Program-made: the position numbers and the translations under genes
Part shown: positions 35,804 to 47,976 of the stretch, piece by piece
How positions within the stretch are numbered: position 1 is the stretch's first letter
Layout: every line of letters begins with the position of its first letter
Assembly (NCBI GenBank): GCA_002269645.1
Contig: NIVC01002509.1
Coordinates: 1 to 64,000 of the forward strand
Direction: 5' to 3'
Source of the DNA: Macrostomum lignano
Lineage: Eukaryota
Length of the DNA: 64,000 bases
The notes under the pieces: model-generated
The model's database searches: none
What the model was told of the DNA's origin: nothing
Seen by the model: the letters and a program-made list of their open reading frames with translations, nothing else

Positions 35804-36505
35804 CAGCGCGTTCAGCGTCCTCTGCGCCGATTCCCATTCGCCGTCGCCATCTTCGTCGGCAGCGTCCACCGCGGCAGCGAGATGCCGACGCAGGGCACCC
35901 AGCTCGCCGGCCAGCGCCGCCTCGCGACCCTCCAGGCTCTGCCCGGCGCCCAGCCGGTCTCTCAGCTCGCGATTGGCGTACCTGGCCACTTTCAGCTCTT
36001 TCTGCAGCCGGTTGACCAGCTCGGCGTTGCTGCCGGCCTTCTGCAGCAGCTGCTGCTGCTGGCGGAGCTCAGCCGACTCGGCCTGGGCAGCCCGCCTGAG
36101 CGCCCGCTCGGAGTCCAGCCGGGCCATCAGGCGGTCCAGAACTCGGCGCACCTCGGCCGGATTCGCAACCCGATCCGGCGAAGCTCGCACCGCCGCCGCT
36201 GCGGCTGCCGTTGTGGTCGAAGACGCCGCCGAATAGGCCGACCGTTGGCTTCGCTCCGACGGCGAGCGTCGCTGCTGCTGCTGCTGATTTTGGCTTCGCC
36301 GACGCGCCGACGAAGCCGATGGGCGTCTTCGCGAGTCCTTCTCGGAGTCGGCGTCTTCGTCTTCGACATCGTCTGCGTTGTCGACATCCTCGAGTTCAGT
36401 GTCGCTGTCTCGGTGGTCTGTGCGATCATTCGACCGGCTGGATGGGCGGCCGGCTCGCCGATGCGGCTGCTGCTGCAGAGGCTGGCGATAAGCTCCGAGC
36501 TCCAT
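35804..36505 (-). CDS. RIMBP2: RIM-binding protein, first recognisable coding exon (low-complexity N-terminus plus coiled coil)
   Basis: ATG at 36505 opens MELGAYRQ...QRTLNAL; donor GTGAGA at 35803; 702 nt, phase 0, matching the downstream exon chain. A further upstream exon cannot be excluded. Confidence 0.75.
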
Positions 36506-38639
36506 CGTGCTGAGTCTGCAGCTGAGGTTTGTTTTAAATATAAATATACATATACATGCATATATGATTGGCCCCTATAATTAATATGAATGAATATGAT
36601 TAAAACAAAAAAATTATTCCTTAGATGACAAGTAGAGTAGAGTAGAGTAGAGTAGAGTTCCGCAATAACCAAAATTTTTGCATATCTATATCCATATCTG
36701 TATCTCGGATGCTTGAGTCCCCAGCCCAAAAAGGGACTTTCTTTAGAGCTCCCAATGGCTCCCATCGCATTGACAATAAAATTATTCAACTTAACTTCAG
36801 TCTCCACCATCCCTATCATACGACGTGCACATGGTGTCAAAAATCTTGTTTGCTTGAGTCTACAACCCTAGGGACTTAAATTCATTCATTTCCACTGCTG
36901 TCTACCACCCCTATAAAGTCAAGGGCTCCAATGGTCTTCCTAAAAACCTCTATATCTGTAATTTTATGTTAGCTATAGAGGAACTCAAAGTGATAACCTA
37001 ATTAACTATTAAATGGAGAACTTAAAGGATCTCTGTAAATTAACTGTCAACTTTCAAAAAATACAAAAATAAATTTAAAATATTTGAGAGAAGCTTTAAA
37101 GAGTAATATATTTCCCAGTACTATGAAAACTAACTATAATATATATTGATATTTATAAAAATAAAAAATTAGTATTACAATATTTACAACTTACTAGCTA
37201 GTTAATTATATGAAGGCTCCAATATATTGCCATACAATAGGACAAATTTTTCATAAAATTATCATTGGTAGAATAATGTTGGCACTTTTTAAGTTGTTCA
37301 GTATAGCTATCTAGTATATAGCAATGAAAAAAAACAGACTAAAAGTAAGCATGTCACAAGCGTCCAAACAAGCACTTGATTTAATTTGAAATCAGTCAAA
37401 TAGGTAAGGAGATTATAAATATAAAATTATCCTTCCCATCTTACCCATCTATAATTTGATATTCATTTAGAAATGCAAACTTAATGTCATAGGGGTATTC
37501 CCGTACGGTACAAAATCCTACCGCTGTAACCAAAGTTGTCGCAGGGCTTACTTCTGTCCTCCAACTATCCCACTATTGCCACCAAGTTGTTACAGGGGTG
37601 ATTCTTCCTGTTTGCCAACTAAAGTTATCCTGATTATACTTGTTTCTACTCCCTAACTATTTCTTAGAATTTCATTTAAATATTTCTGGGTAGCGTTCTT
37701 AGTATCGTTTCTGGTAGCTTATGGCCAGCTTTCTGGTAGCGTTCTGGTAGCTTATGGCCTGAGCGGTCTAGTACTGGTATATATGTATTAGTGAATAGTC
37801 CTAATCGGGCGTTCACCGAGACTAGAGGGTCACGGCGCCTCTCTTAGTATATCTCCAGGAATTAGTCCCAATTCCCTTCTCTTAGCAAATTTCTTAGAAT
37901 CGTTTCACAGGTTTTGCAAATGAATAAGTCGCTATTTAGCTCAAAGACTTTGAAATGGTTTAGATTGAACTGCTTATTCTGTTCGCAATTATTTGCTCAC
38001 AGGTAAAAGACAGTTGGAGTATATTTGTCGCAAAACCGCTCCTATATATAGTGATTTCCCCCCCCATACGATTAAAACAAAAAAAATAATTCTCCAATTT
38101 ATTTCGCGCATTAAAACAAACTATTATTTGGCGTTAGATTCGAATATACCGTTATTACATTGAAAGAACATTCGAGTATACTATTATAAAGGCATAGCAC
38201 TAGTACATTAAAATTTAGTACATGGAAGGCAAATCTAAGAAATCAATCCCAAATGATAGAACATACTATTCGGCTATACTATAATGGTGTGGAAGGGATG
38301 GTAGGGATTGATTGGAAGATGAATGTTTTCACTTTCAATGTGAGGGAGCTCTTAAGTCCCTAGGGTTGGGGACTAAAGCAACAGAGATATTTGATACCAC
38401 ATACACATTGTGGTTGGCATAATAGGGGACAAAGTTAAAATGAATAAGAATGAAACAAATGAAAAAGCCACAGCCACCTAGCATTTGCCACATTCAAAGA
38501 AGGTTAGACTAAAAACAATTGAGGCTTTTGCTGCCTGATCTTCTTAAGGAACCAACTGACAAGCAGGCTATTGATCTCATAGAAGATCTTAGTAAGCATT
38601 GAAGATTTTGTTATATTAGCTACTTAAACAATACAAAAA

Positions 38640-38920
38640 GAGATACAAGAAAGGAGAGGGGAGAGAGAAGAGAAGAAAGGCAAGAGGAGAGGAGAGAGAG
38701 AGAGAGAGAGAGAGAGAAGAGAAGGGAGAGAGGGGAGAGGAAAGAAGAGACAGGGGAGAGAAGGGAGAGTAGATAGGAGAGGAAAGAGGGGAGGAGAGAG
38801 GGTAGAGAAAAGAGAGAGGAGAAGAGAAGAGAGAAGGGAGAGAGGAGAGAGAGGAAAGGGGAGAGAGGAGAGAGAAGAAAAGGGAGAGGGGAGAGAGGAG
38901 AGAAGGAAAAAAGGAGAGAA
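38640..38920. repeat. GA-rich low-complexity tract
   Basis: Direct inspection. Confidence 0.9.
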
Positions 38921-40257
38921 AATGGTTTGTTTTAACCACATCAGTTATATCTGTAAATTTGTTTTGTCCATTCTATAAAAAATGAAATTGCTCCACTTAC
39001 TGTAGATGAACTAATGGATTCAATCTCTACATGTAAAAATTATATATTGTATAAATAATTATTAGGATAAGAATCTGGATTGACAGGATGCACCTTAGTG
39101 GGGGTAAGGGATGGTTGCCCTCCTTTGGTTGAGACTTAAAAAGAAATAAATGGGAAGACCAATGAATTTTGGCCAAATTAAAGGGCTATCCCCTGGCCCT
39201 TTGCTGCTGCGTAGAGCCTAGGTCTATTACGACCTAAGAATTAAAACATATCAACTAGGCCTATTGCAATTATATCTTCTAATCTTCCTTGACCCCTGAC
39301 CTTGAGTCCTTGACAAGACAAGCTGCATATAATATTAAATTGAAATATATCAGCAAGTAAAGCCTTGTTTACCACAATCCAAAACTACAGTAAAACGTCA
39401 GAAACAGAAAGTCATCAAAAGAAGTAAATAAGAAAGAGTTCGACTGTAGTAGTGAGACCAAATGAGTGAAACCATGAGCTCACACGCGCATTGTCTTCAT
39501 TGCTAAAAAGAAAAAGTTAAATTAATTGCCAGTGTAATCATTTTTATAATGTCTATTGCTAGTAAAAACGCTTTTTTAATACTTTCAGTAACCTATATTT
39601 CACATTTAAGCTTGTTTGACTAAAATTTGTATTGCTTCAAAAGGAAAACTAATATTACTTTTGTTAATAAACATTCACGGCAAGTAAATTATATTATTAC
39701 AATGTTCACAGATAGGCTCGTTCTTATGCATCGAGTGTTCCTTGACCTTGAGCTTCAGTTTATGTTTGTAAATTCAAAAGTAATGTTTATATATCTTGCT
39801 ATAACTTCTAGAAAGCTGATGATACAAGTAAATTAACTTTCATCTGCAATTTCCGTAGCAAAATATTTCAAATATGTTAATCAATCTACACGCATGTAAA
39901 CGTACACATAATATTGCATGTACATGTAAGGACCACTGTATATAGCTATATAAACGAGACATACGTAGACAAACGAGACATTTATTATACTACACTTATG
40001 TAGCTTATCGAGTTTGATGCAATTAACGTCTCTTGGTATAGACCATGAATTAGAACTTTCTATACTAGTCTCTCTAGCGTTTTAGAGCGTTCTAGAGCTG
40101 AGGTATGTAACTGTAAAGCTTAGTAATTGTACAGGAAATAAAAAATTGCTTTGCTTCTGATCCTTGCCGTATTACGAGGTGAAAGACAGGCCATAGCTAT
40201 TTTTATCATATCAATTACACCGCCCTTTTTTTAGGTAGCAATAGCATGCGCAAAAAT

Positions 40258-40844
40258 TCACTTGCCATGATGCCTGACAGCTGATCGTCTTCGTTCTGAG
40301 ATTCTTCGTCCCGCTTCCGCTGCTGCACAAGACCGGCCTATTTCTTGCACTTCTTGGCTTGGCTGCGAACGAGACGGGGGCGGCGGGAGTGGACAGGGCA
40401 CAGCCCGATTGGCCAGACGGTCGGCATGCTCGTTGCCTGGGATGCCGCAGTGGCCGGGCAACAACTAGACGATGATGCCCGCATTAGGGGTTAGGCGACT
40501 CTCGGCTGGCGAGATCCCGGCTGGCACTAGCGTGCACCAGTTCCAGGGCGGCGACTTCCTCGTCGAAACTGGATATGATGGGCCTCGGTATGAATAACCA
40601 GGTTGGCTGGGTCGCCCTCCGTGACCACGAAGGCGTGGCGCATTGGCGATCGTGCCCCGGGTCACGGAACCGTCGGTGTGGACTGTCCAGGCTTGTGGGG
40701 ACAGCGAGGCAACGAGCTCCTGGATTCGGTCAGTGGCGGCGCTACGGATGAGGTCCAGTTCGATGTGGGGGACGTCGATATGTTGAGGCAAAATCTGCGT
40801 AGCCTCCCGGGAGGCTGGGAGGAGGGTAGGTTCGCTTGGCGGAA
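40258..40844 (-). mobile_element. Second non-LTR RNase H fragment
   Basis: AWTVHTDGSV and LPGHCGIPGNEHADRLAN motifs in adjacent broken ORFs. Confidence 0.75.
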
Positions 40845-41380
40845 ACAACAACGACAACAGAATACGCGATTAGCGACACTAGGCGCGCTTCAAGGCCAGG
40901 TCGCAAATGAACGCCACGCTATCGGCCGGATCCGGGGCGCCGGCGTCAGCCAGCAGGCAGTCGACGAAACGCCGAGTGCGCGCCTGCCCCCGCCTGTAGG
41001 GTACCTGCATTGTTAGCAGCAGCACCTCCTGCACCGGCTCTGGGCAGTACGACTCGGCGTGAATGATGTGGCCTGCCAGCTGGAGTCGCCGACGGCGCAA
41101 CAGCTCGCTTGGATGGACCAGGCCGGCGCGGTGATACAAAGCTGCGTTGGTCACTCGCTCGTAGCCGATTTTGAAGGCGGCGCGCAGCAAGCCAGCGTGC
41201 GCCGCATTAACTTGTTACTCAAGCGACTCCGTCAGCGTCCAGGTCTCGGTGTTGTGCAGCGCGCAGGACGGTCTCGATCACCGCCTGGAAAAACGCCGCC
41301 CTCTGGCGGTCAGGTAAGGCCTCGGACTGCAGGACTGCCCTCACAGAACGAAAGGCAGACCAGGCAAGCCCGTGGCGACG
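40845..41380 (-). mobile_element. RTE-clade LINE 3' fragment (RT thumb and C-terminus)
   Basis: AWSAF…FFQAVIETVL…TETWTLT…LLRAAFKI…RRRRLQLAGHI; internal stop and frameshift; short (GTT)-like tail near 40860-40845. Confidence 0.8.
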
Positions 41381-41879
41381 CAGTTCTTCCAATTCACCAG
41401 CCTGAGGTCAGTGGCAGGTCACTGTCAGTTTCTTGCAATCTGCTTCTGTGCCTCTGCATTTACCAGCTGCAAAAACTGGCGATTATCCCATCGATGCGCA
41501 AAATCACAAAGAAGTCAACGGCCTCAGAATCCTCTGAAATTTCAATCCACGGGTTGACACCAGGAGTTGTCGTGAGATGCCGGCGCAGAAAGTCAGACAT
41601 CGCGGCCACTGTTGACTTCTTTCCACTCTTCCACTTTTGTTTGTTCTTCCTGTACTTCGGCTTGTAGGTCTTCTTCTGCGTTCAACGCGTCAGCGGTGAC
41701 AAATGATTCATTGCCATCATCATTGCACTGTCAGCTGTCTTGGATAGCTCACTCTCCGACTCGCTTATGTCCAATCCAAGACGATGGAGAGCTTCAGCAG
41801 CAGCTGTACGCCGTCGGACTTGCTGCTGAGCCATGGTCAGTTGCTACGGCTCCTTATTGCTACGGCTCCTGCTTCGGCT

Positions 41880-43395
41880 GCTGCTGCTGCTGCGGCTGCT
41901 GCTGTTGTTGTTGTTGATGCCAACCATGCCTTTCATCAGCGGCTAGGGGCCTCTTCCCTGGCCCCCACGGCGGGTGTCCTCTCCACCACTCCCAGTACTT
42001 CAGAGCTTCTTCCGGTTGTTCACAAACCGCCCGAAAGCCACTGCAACACCACGCCCTCCTCCTTCCATCTGTCGCCGGGCAGTCCCAGACATGCTGCATT
42101 GTTTCGTCTACCATGCCGCAACACCGGCATAAGCTTTTGTCCTGGAGCCCTATCCTCTTCCTGTAGGCCGCCAATTCGATCGAGTGGCCTGTGCGCATCC
42201 TTCTGAAGCTCACTTCCTCCCTCCTGCTACTGAACCACAGGTCCCTATTCTTTCTTACCACACGTGCTCTCGTACACCCTCATCATTCTCTCGTGCCTCC
42301 AGCCACTTATCCGCGTACCGTACCGCCTCGCTCTTTTCGCCACCGTGCTAGCCAGCACTCTAGCTCCGTCATGCTCAACCTCTCTTACCGCTTCGCCAGC
42401 CATCTCCTCCGCCTCCTCATTTCCTCCGATTCCGCAGTGACTAGGGATCCAGAGCAGGATCAACAGCTTACCCGCCTGGTCCAGCTTGCCGAACTCTTAC
42501 CTGGCCAGCTTGGCCAGCGGGTTTCTGCCAACCTTGCTGACCACCTGGAGGCCACTCTTGCGATCTGTACATAGCACTGCTTTCATCCAACTAATGCCGC
42601 GTTTCTGTCAGCCATCTCGTCGCAACCCATATAGCGTGAGCTCCGCTTGCGTCGACGATGCGATCCTGCCTCCCGACACTCTACTAGACGCGTCTCCAGG
42701 TTCCGCTCTCCATGTCGCCACTCATGACAACCATTCTGCCACCTCCGGCTCCAATAGTTGTTTACTGAACCGTCCGTAAAAAGGACATCCGGACCTTCGC
42801 TGGCTTCCTCGCTACAAGCGGTGGCTAGTTTTCTGCAATCCTCTTCCTCGCGGCCGGTGGGAACCTTCTGCTTGGATGGACACACCCCTCCACGTCGTTC
42901 CTGGTCTTTCTTTTTCACGTCCTCGAACCTTGGTATATCCAGCTGCCACTGATCCTCAGCAGCCCCCAAAGCCCTCCCGGTTCCAGCACGTGCCTATTCT
43001 GCAGTCTTCCTTTCCCCTCTGTCTTCCGCCAATCTTCTGATCGAGCCATCTCTCACCTGAGCATTCTATCCAGCCTCTGGACAGCTCTCCAGCTCGCCAA
43101 CCCACAGAGCTCCTCGGTGCCGCGCTCTCTTCCCTGACTCCCTCGATCAATCGGTATCGTGCCATCAGGCCTCCATACTCTCGTAGCTTTTCTATGGAGC
43201 ACTTCCAGCTTAGCTCAGCTCTTCTCTCCAAGCCACGGCATCCAGGCAGTCGATCCATACATAATTTTACTTTCGACAATCGTCTCTCACGTTTGCCTAA
43301 GAAGCTTGTTTTGCCAGCCCGTCGCTGCCCGACAGATTCCTGAGCAGCTGGACGCGTCCCCTTACAGGCCTTGCAGATCTCTTGCACGTGCTTAA
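41880..43395 (-). mobile_element. 5'-truncated, degenerate non-LTR retrotransposon with RNase H and C-terminal Cys-His zinc finger
   Basis: RNase H motifs VLFTDGSV and LWIPSHCGIGGNEEAE; RTGH…CRCCG…ETMQHVWDCP; ends in a (CAA/CAG)n tail; several frameshifts. Confidence 0.85.
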
Positions 43396-43984
43396 CGAAA
43401 CTCAGCTTGCTATCTCAGCCTAGGCTCAGCCTTGCCATTCCCTATCAATTCCCATATGTGAGCCCTTTGATCGACATATCTCAGCAATTCCCAATGATAT
43501 GATAACCTTGACATCTCAGCAATTCCCCCGTCAGCCTTGACATCTCATAAATTCCCATGTAAGCTTTGAAATCATATGCATATAAGTGCATATATATATA
43601 AGTGCATAACGAATAATGACAAGTAATTTGAGTTACATGTATGTTGATTTCGTGTACAGCATTGTTATAACAAAAAAATGTCATATTTTTATTTATGATA
43701 CTGAAAACTAATGTTTACATTTGTGACTTCGTTGAATCAAAGTTTTAGAAAAATGTTTTGCTTGATGCTTTAATTTCGTTTTGTCTTAATTTTTGTGACT
43801 CAACTCAGTTATTAATTTGCAATTTGCCGAGCTAGGCTTTTGTAACCTGAGAGATTTCTCTTTAATAGACTACTACCTAAATTTAAAACTCATCTTTTAT
43901 TTGCACCGACTTTGCATTAAACAGTCAAAAGAGCAAAATAAAAGGTTAACGCTTCAAGCACTTTCTGTGAACTCTTATTTAAAA

Positions 43985-44187
43985 ATGGCTAGCTATCTTG
44001 CTATTCCTGTTAAAAAGGCAGGCGAGGTCGACTTCCGAAAACCTTTTAAAACATTTATTGAACAGACATATTCGAGCCAACAATATGAGGCATTAAAATC
44101 TTCTATCGAGGATTTTCAAAACCTGCGTTCTAAGGTGGTCGCTAAACTTAGTGATCGGCATGAGTCTACACTGGATGTACTGCTCAA
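43985..44187 (+). CDS. PDCD6IP: ALIX/PDCD6IP exon 1 (MASYLAIPVKKAGEVDFRKPFKTFIEQTY…HESTLDVLL)
   Basis: BRO1 N-terminus closely resembling the ALIX start; AAAATGG start context; GTAAGT donor, phase 2. Confidence 0.93.
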
Positions 44188-45132
44188 GTAAGTTATTTTA
44201 TTCATTGTAATTAAAACAATTTTGATTAGGTCTAAAGTCTTCTAACCTTGTAGATGCTTTTCATTTGTTTTCTTTTGACTTAAGGGGAGGATGCTACAAA
44301 CAAATTTTATAGGGCCTAAGTATATATATCCAGTATATAATGAAATACAAGTTTCATGATTTTAGGCCTATTGCATGCTTTTGTTAGTTAAAATGTTAAA
44401 TTGTTAAATTGTTAGTTAAATTGTTAGTTTGTTAATTTGTTTTTGTGGTTTGTTTTAGGCCTGGGCCTAGGGGCCTATTCTATATATAAAACAAAGCCAG
44501 ATAAGGTTCCATAGTGTAGAACAGTTCAAGGACAGGTATATGACAAATATTTTCATGTATACCCCATAGTCCAGATCATGTTAGGTGCATGCCCAAACAA
44601 AAATTGGATAGGCCCTAATCACAAATACACACTAAAAAAATTGCAAAGTACTTATAGGCATGGTGGTTGTGTCTATAATATTTGAGCTAATAGGCACAGC
44701 TATAATCATCAATATAAAATGTGTGTTCTGTAGAAATGCAAAAATATAAATGCATTCTCACAATCAAATGGTGGCCTAATAGATAAGACAATTGCCTTGA
44801 GATTGCAAGCAAGGTTCAAATCCCAAGTGGTCAGAGTTTTTTTAATTTGAATTTTTTAGCAAACAGGAATTTTTGTTTTGAACTTTTAAAGTTTTTTAAA
44901 TAAAATAAAATAATTAATTAATTAAATTAAATTGAAATTTTTAATAAGATTAACATTGAACTTAAAGTGTGGCCAATATGTATTAAAATTTTTTTTCAGT
45001 AGCTACATATATATTATATATAATTGCAGCCACAATCTAAAATGATTTCGTGTTATTCTTAAAAATTAAAAGTCAAATAAAAAACTCCAACTTTTCAATT
45101 GATCAATCTTTTCATCTGATCAATGATTATAT

Positions 45133-47976
45133 GGTCCCTGGACATTTCGGTGACAAGACATTTCGGTGACAACCTTTTCGGTGACACTTTAGGACGTTTC
45201 GGTGACAAATTTAGACAATTCGGTGACACGTTTTAAAAATTAAAGTTTATTAGTCTGTAAGACAATATACTCATGAACAAGAGTTTAATAGTTTAAACTC
45301 GTCATATTTTATTGTTGTGCGTTGATTCTCGTCACTGACTTACTGACTTTGTTATATCTATACACTTAAATAAAGGGTCATTCTGCACCTGTTCAGATAA
45401 AAGAGGTTGGCCGAGACTACACATGTATATCAGTAATTACCTCCTGAATTATTGCAAATGTTATTTAATGTAATGTTTCGATGCACACCGCAAACTTCAA
45501 TAATTTTATGGCAGCTACATGTATAATGGCAGCCTTCTGAATCGATCAACATCAGTTTCACAGATTGCATGTATACATGTACATGTACATATGAACCATG
45601 CAAGAAATGACTTCAAGTTTTGACTTTTGGAAAGATCAGTTACACTTGGTGGAAAAAACTATTTAAAAAGTTAAGGCCCTCGACTATTTCGCGGGGGACA
45701 GGCCGGGGGGTTTGGTATGACGATCTATGACTATGATCACTATGACTTCATGACATGACTACGAGTATGATGATATGATGCTATGATCATGACTATATGG
45801 CTATGATCACGTTATGACGACGGCAGGTTTACATGTATATGGCATGAGCTTTGAAAGCAAAGCAGCGGCTTTTCCACATACGATTGTGTCCCCCGGGGCG
45901 GCGGCCTCCTGTCGGCCCCCAGCTGGTGGTATATATGGCACTCGCCATGCAAGGGATCGAGTTAATTGCCACCAATGGCGGCAAGTCTCGCCAGTGGCCC
46001 CAATCAGCTATTTTCCTCCGGCCGTGGGATGTAGCTGCTCCAATTTTACTCTTTTTTGGTTTGTGCAAGAATCAATGCAAGTTGCTTAATACTGTACACG
46101 TGTGAATAACATGCAGCACACATGGGTACAAGGCGATAGGAAGGAAATAAGTGTATATGGCGCGATGTTAAAATTTGCGAAACACGTGTCTAATGGGAAA
46201 GGTAAAGTTCGGAAAGGGTCACGTTAGAGCTTAGAGAGAAATGAGAGACTAACAGTAATTTCATATACATTCGCTCCGCACTTTGGTTAACCGATAATTG
46301 CCTGATTGCTGACCAGAGTGACTAGGAAAGTCAAAAGAAAGACGAGGGAAGGGACGCGAGGCCACATTAAGCTAAAGATAAGTAGATAAGTAGCAAAGAT
46401 AAGTAGCAAATTGTATAATTTGCTTTTCAGAACTTGCTTACGCATGGACAACTTATCCCTGCTTAAACATTTGTTGCTACATGTACATGCAAATTGGCAA
46501 GTCCAGTATTTAATCTTTCTTCATTGTTCAATCAATATTAGCACCTTTGATGGTTCCATGTTGCAGAACAGTAAAGCTTGTTAAGTGAACCAATTATGCT
46601 TACTTGAATTTCAATATCTACATTGCATTTACTAACAATGCTAATTCTAATGGCAAGCAGCAATGATTTGGTTTCGCGTTTGCTACCATTCTCAAGCAAA
46701 ATCATTGCTAGCAAAGAAGCATCACTCGTACGGTGATATAATGTTTGTTTTTGCCATGCCATTCAAAGTAGAACAACTGATTGCGTATGAAATATGAATG
46801 CGCATGCAGACTTTAAGGACTCGGTATCCGAGGCGCTAATACGAGTATATAACTTCTAGCAAACTCGAGCGCTAGTTCTTCGAATTCTAGACGCATATTC
46901 ACAGCGCTGCTGGATGAGGAGGTTGTAGCTGATGATGGCGGGATGATTCACGATCTCTATGAATCAGTTAGTGACCCAGAACCCAGGCCAATAGTTGAGG
47001 GAGGTCGAGAGTTAGAGACTTTTGAAGTCATGCAAGACAGAGGCAGCTGACGGAACGTTCTTGTAATATCGTCGAATGGGTACTCCTATGGGCTTCATCG
47101 TCAGCGTGGTGCTCGTGAACACTATCGTTGCACTCAACGCAGTCATCATACCCCTTGTTGCGCACTCTAATTTGCAGTGCCGGTGAAGAGTTTAAGCATG
47201 GGAAAAGCGGGCACAGCCATGCACGTCGTCTCGTCTCGTCTTTGGTGCTTCTGCTACTCGGAAGATTTATTGAGATGTAAAATTTGCTGCCTCAACAGAT
47301 GTTTTTAAATCTGCGGCACAGCTTACAGATGATGATAGACTACTGCGCGAACTCACTTCCTCCATGGCAGCAAACTTGCCGAATCCAACAAATCTAATTA
47401 GAGCTGCAAACCGGTTTTGCTAAAAAGGATGGCCAGAGGAGCCTATAGGGATTTAAACTTCCAACTGCAGTTGGAAAGCCTTGCCCAATGGATTTCTCAG
47501 AAGTGATGTCCAGGTTGGAGGAAGATGGCACTTAGTATTTGCTACTAATAATCAATTGACACTACTGATCAGTAGTGCCCACGAGTTGTTCATGGACAGT
47601 ATGTTTTCAATTGTCCGACGGCCATTTGTGCAACTTTACTCGATTCATGGCTTTCTCCGTGATCAAGGACATCTGAAACAGGTCAAGTATGCAATAGGTC
47701 AATACGATCTTACTCAGCTCTAATACTTTCATAAAAAAATGAAATAAATTTCAGTATAGAGATATAACAAAGTCAGTGATGAAATCACCGCAAAACAATA
47801 AAATATGACGAGTTTTAAGTATTAACTGTTGTTCATGAGTATATTCTCTTTCAGACTAATAAACTTTCATTTTTAAAACGTGTCACAGAATTGTCCAAAT
47901 TTGTCACCGAAACGTCCTGAAGTATCACCGAAAAGGTTGTCACTGAAATGTCTTGTCACCGAAATGTCCAGGGACC
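45133..47976 (+). mobile_element. Mutator-like (MULE) DNA transposon, defective, in ALIX intron 1
   Basis: TIRs at 45133-45340 and 47771-47976 (GGTCCCTGGACATTTCGGTGAC…GTCACCGAAATGTCCAGGGACC); identical 8-bp flanks GATTATAT; internal MULE transposase remnant (HLVFATNNQLTLL…FMDSMFSIVRRPFVQLYSIHG) and a FLYWCH-like GYSY…YRC remnant near 47.07-47.15 kb. Confidence 0.88.

Noticed and set aside
36506-43984. Functional coupling of RIMBP and ALIX through a bidirectional promoter
   Set aside because: The starts are ~7.5 kb apart and separated by transposon debris; nothing in the sequence indicates shared regulation
45814-46105. Short overlapping ORFs inside the MULE as a captured gene
   Set aside because: No recognisable protein motif; cannot be supported without a database search
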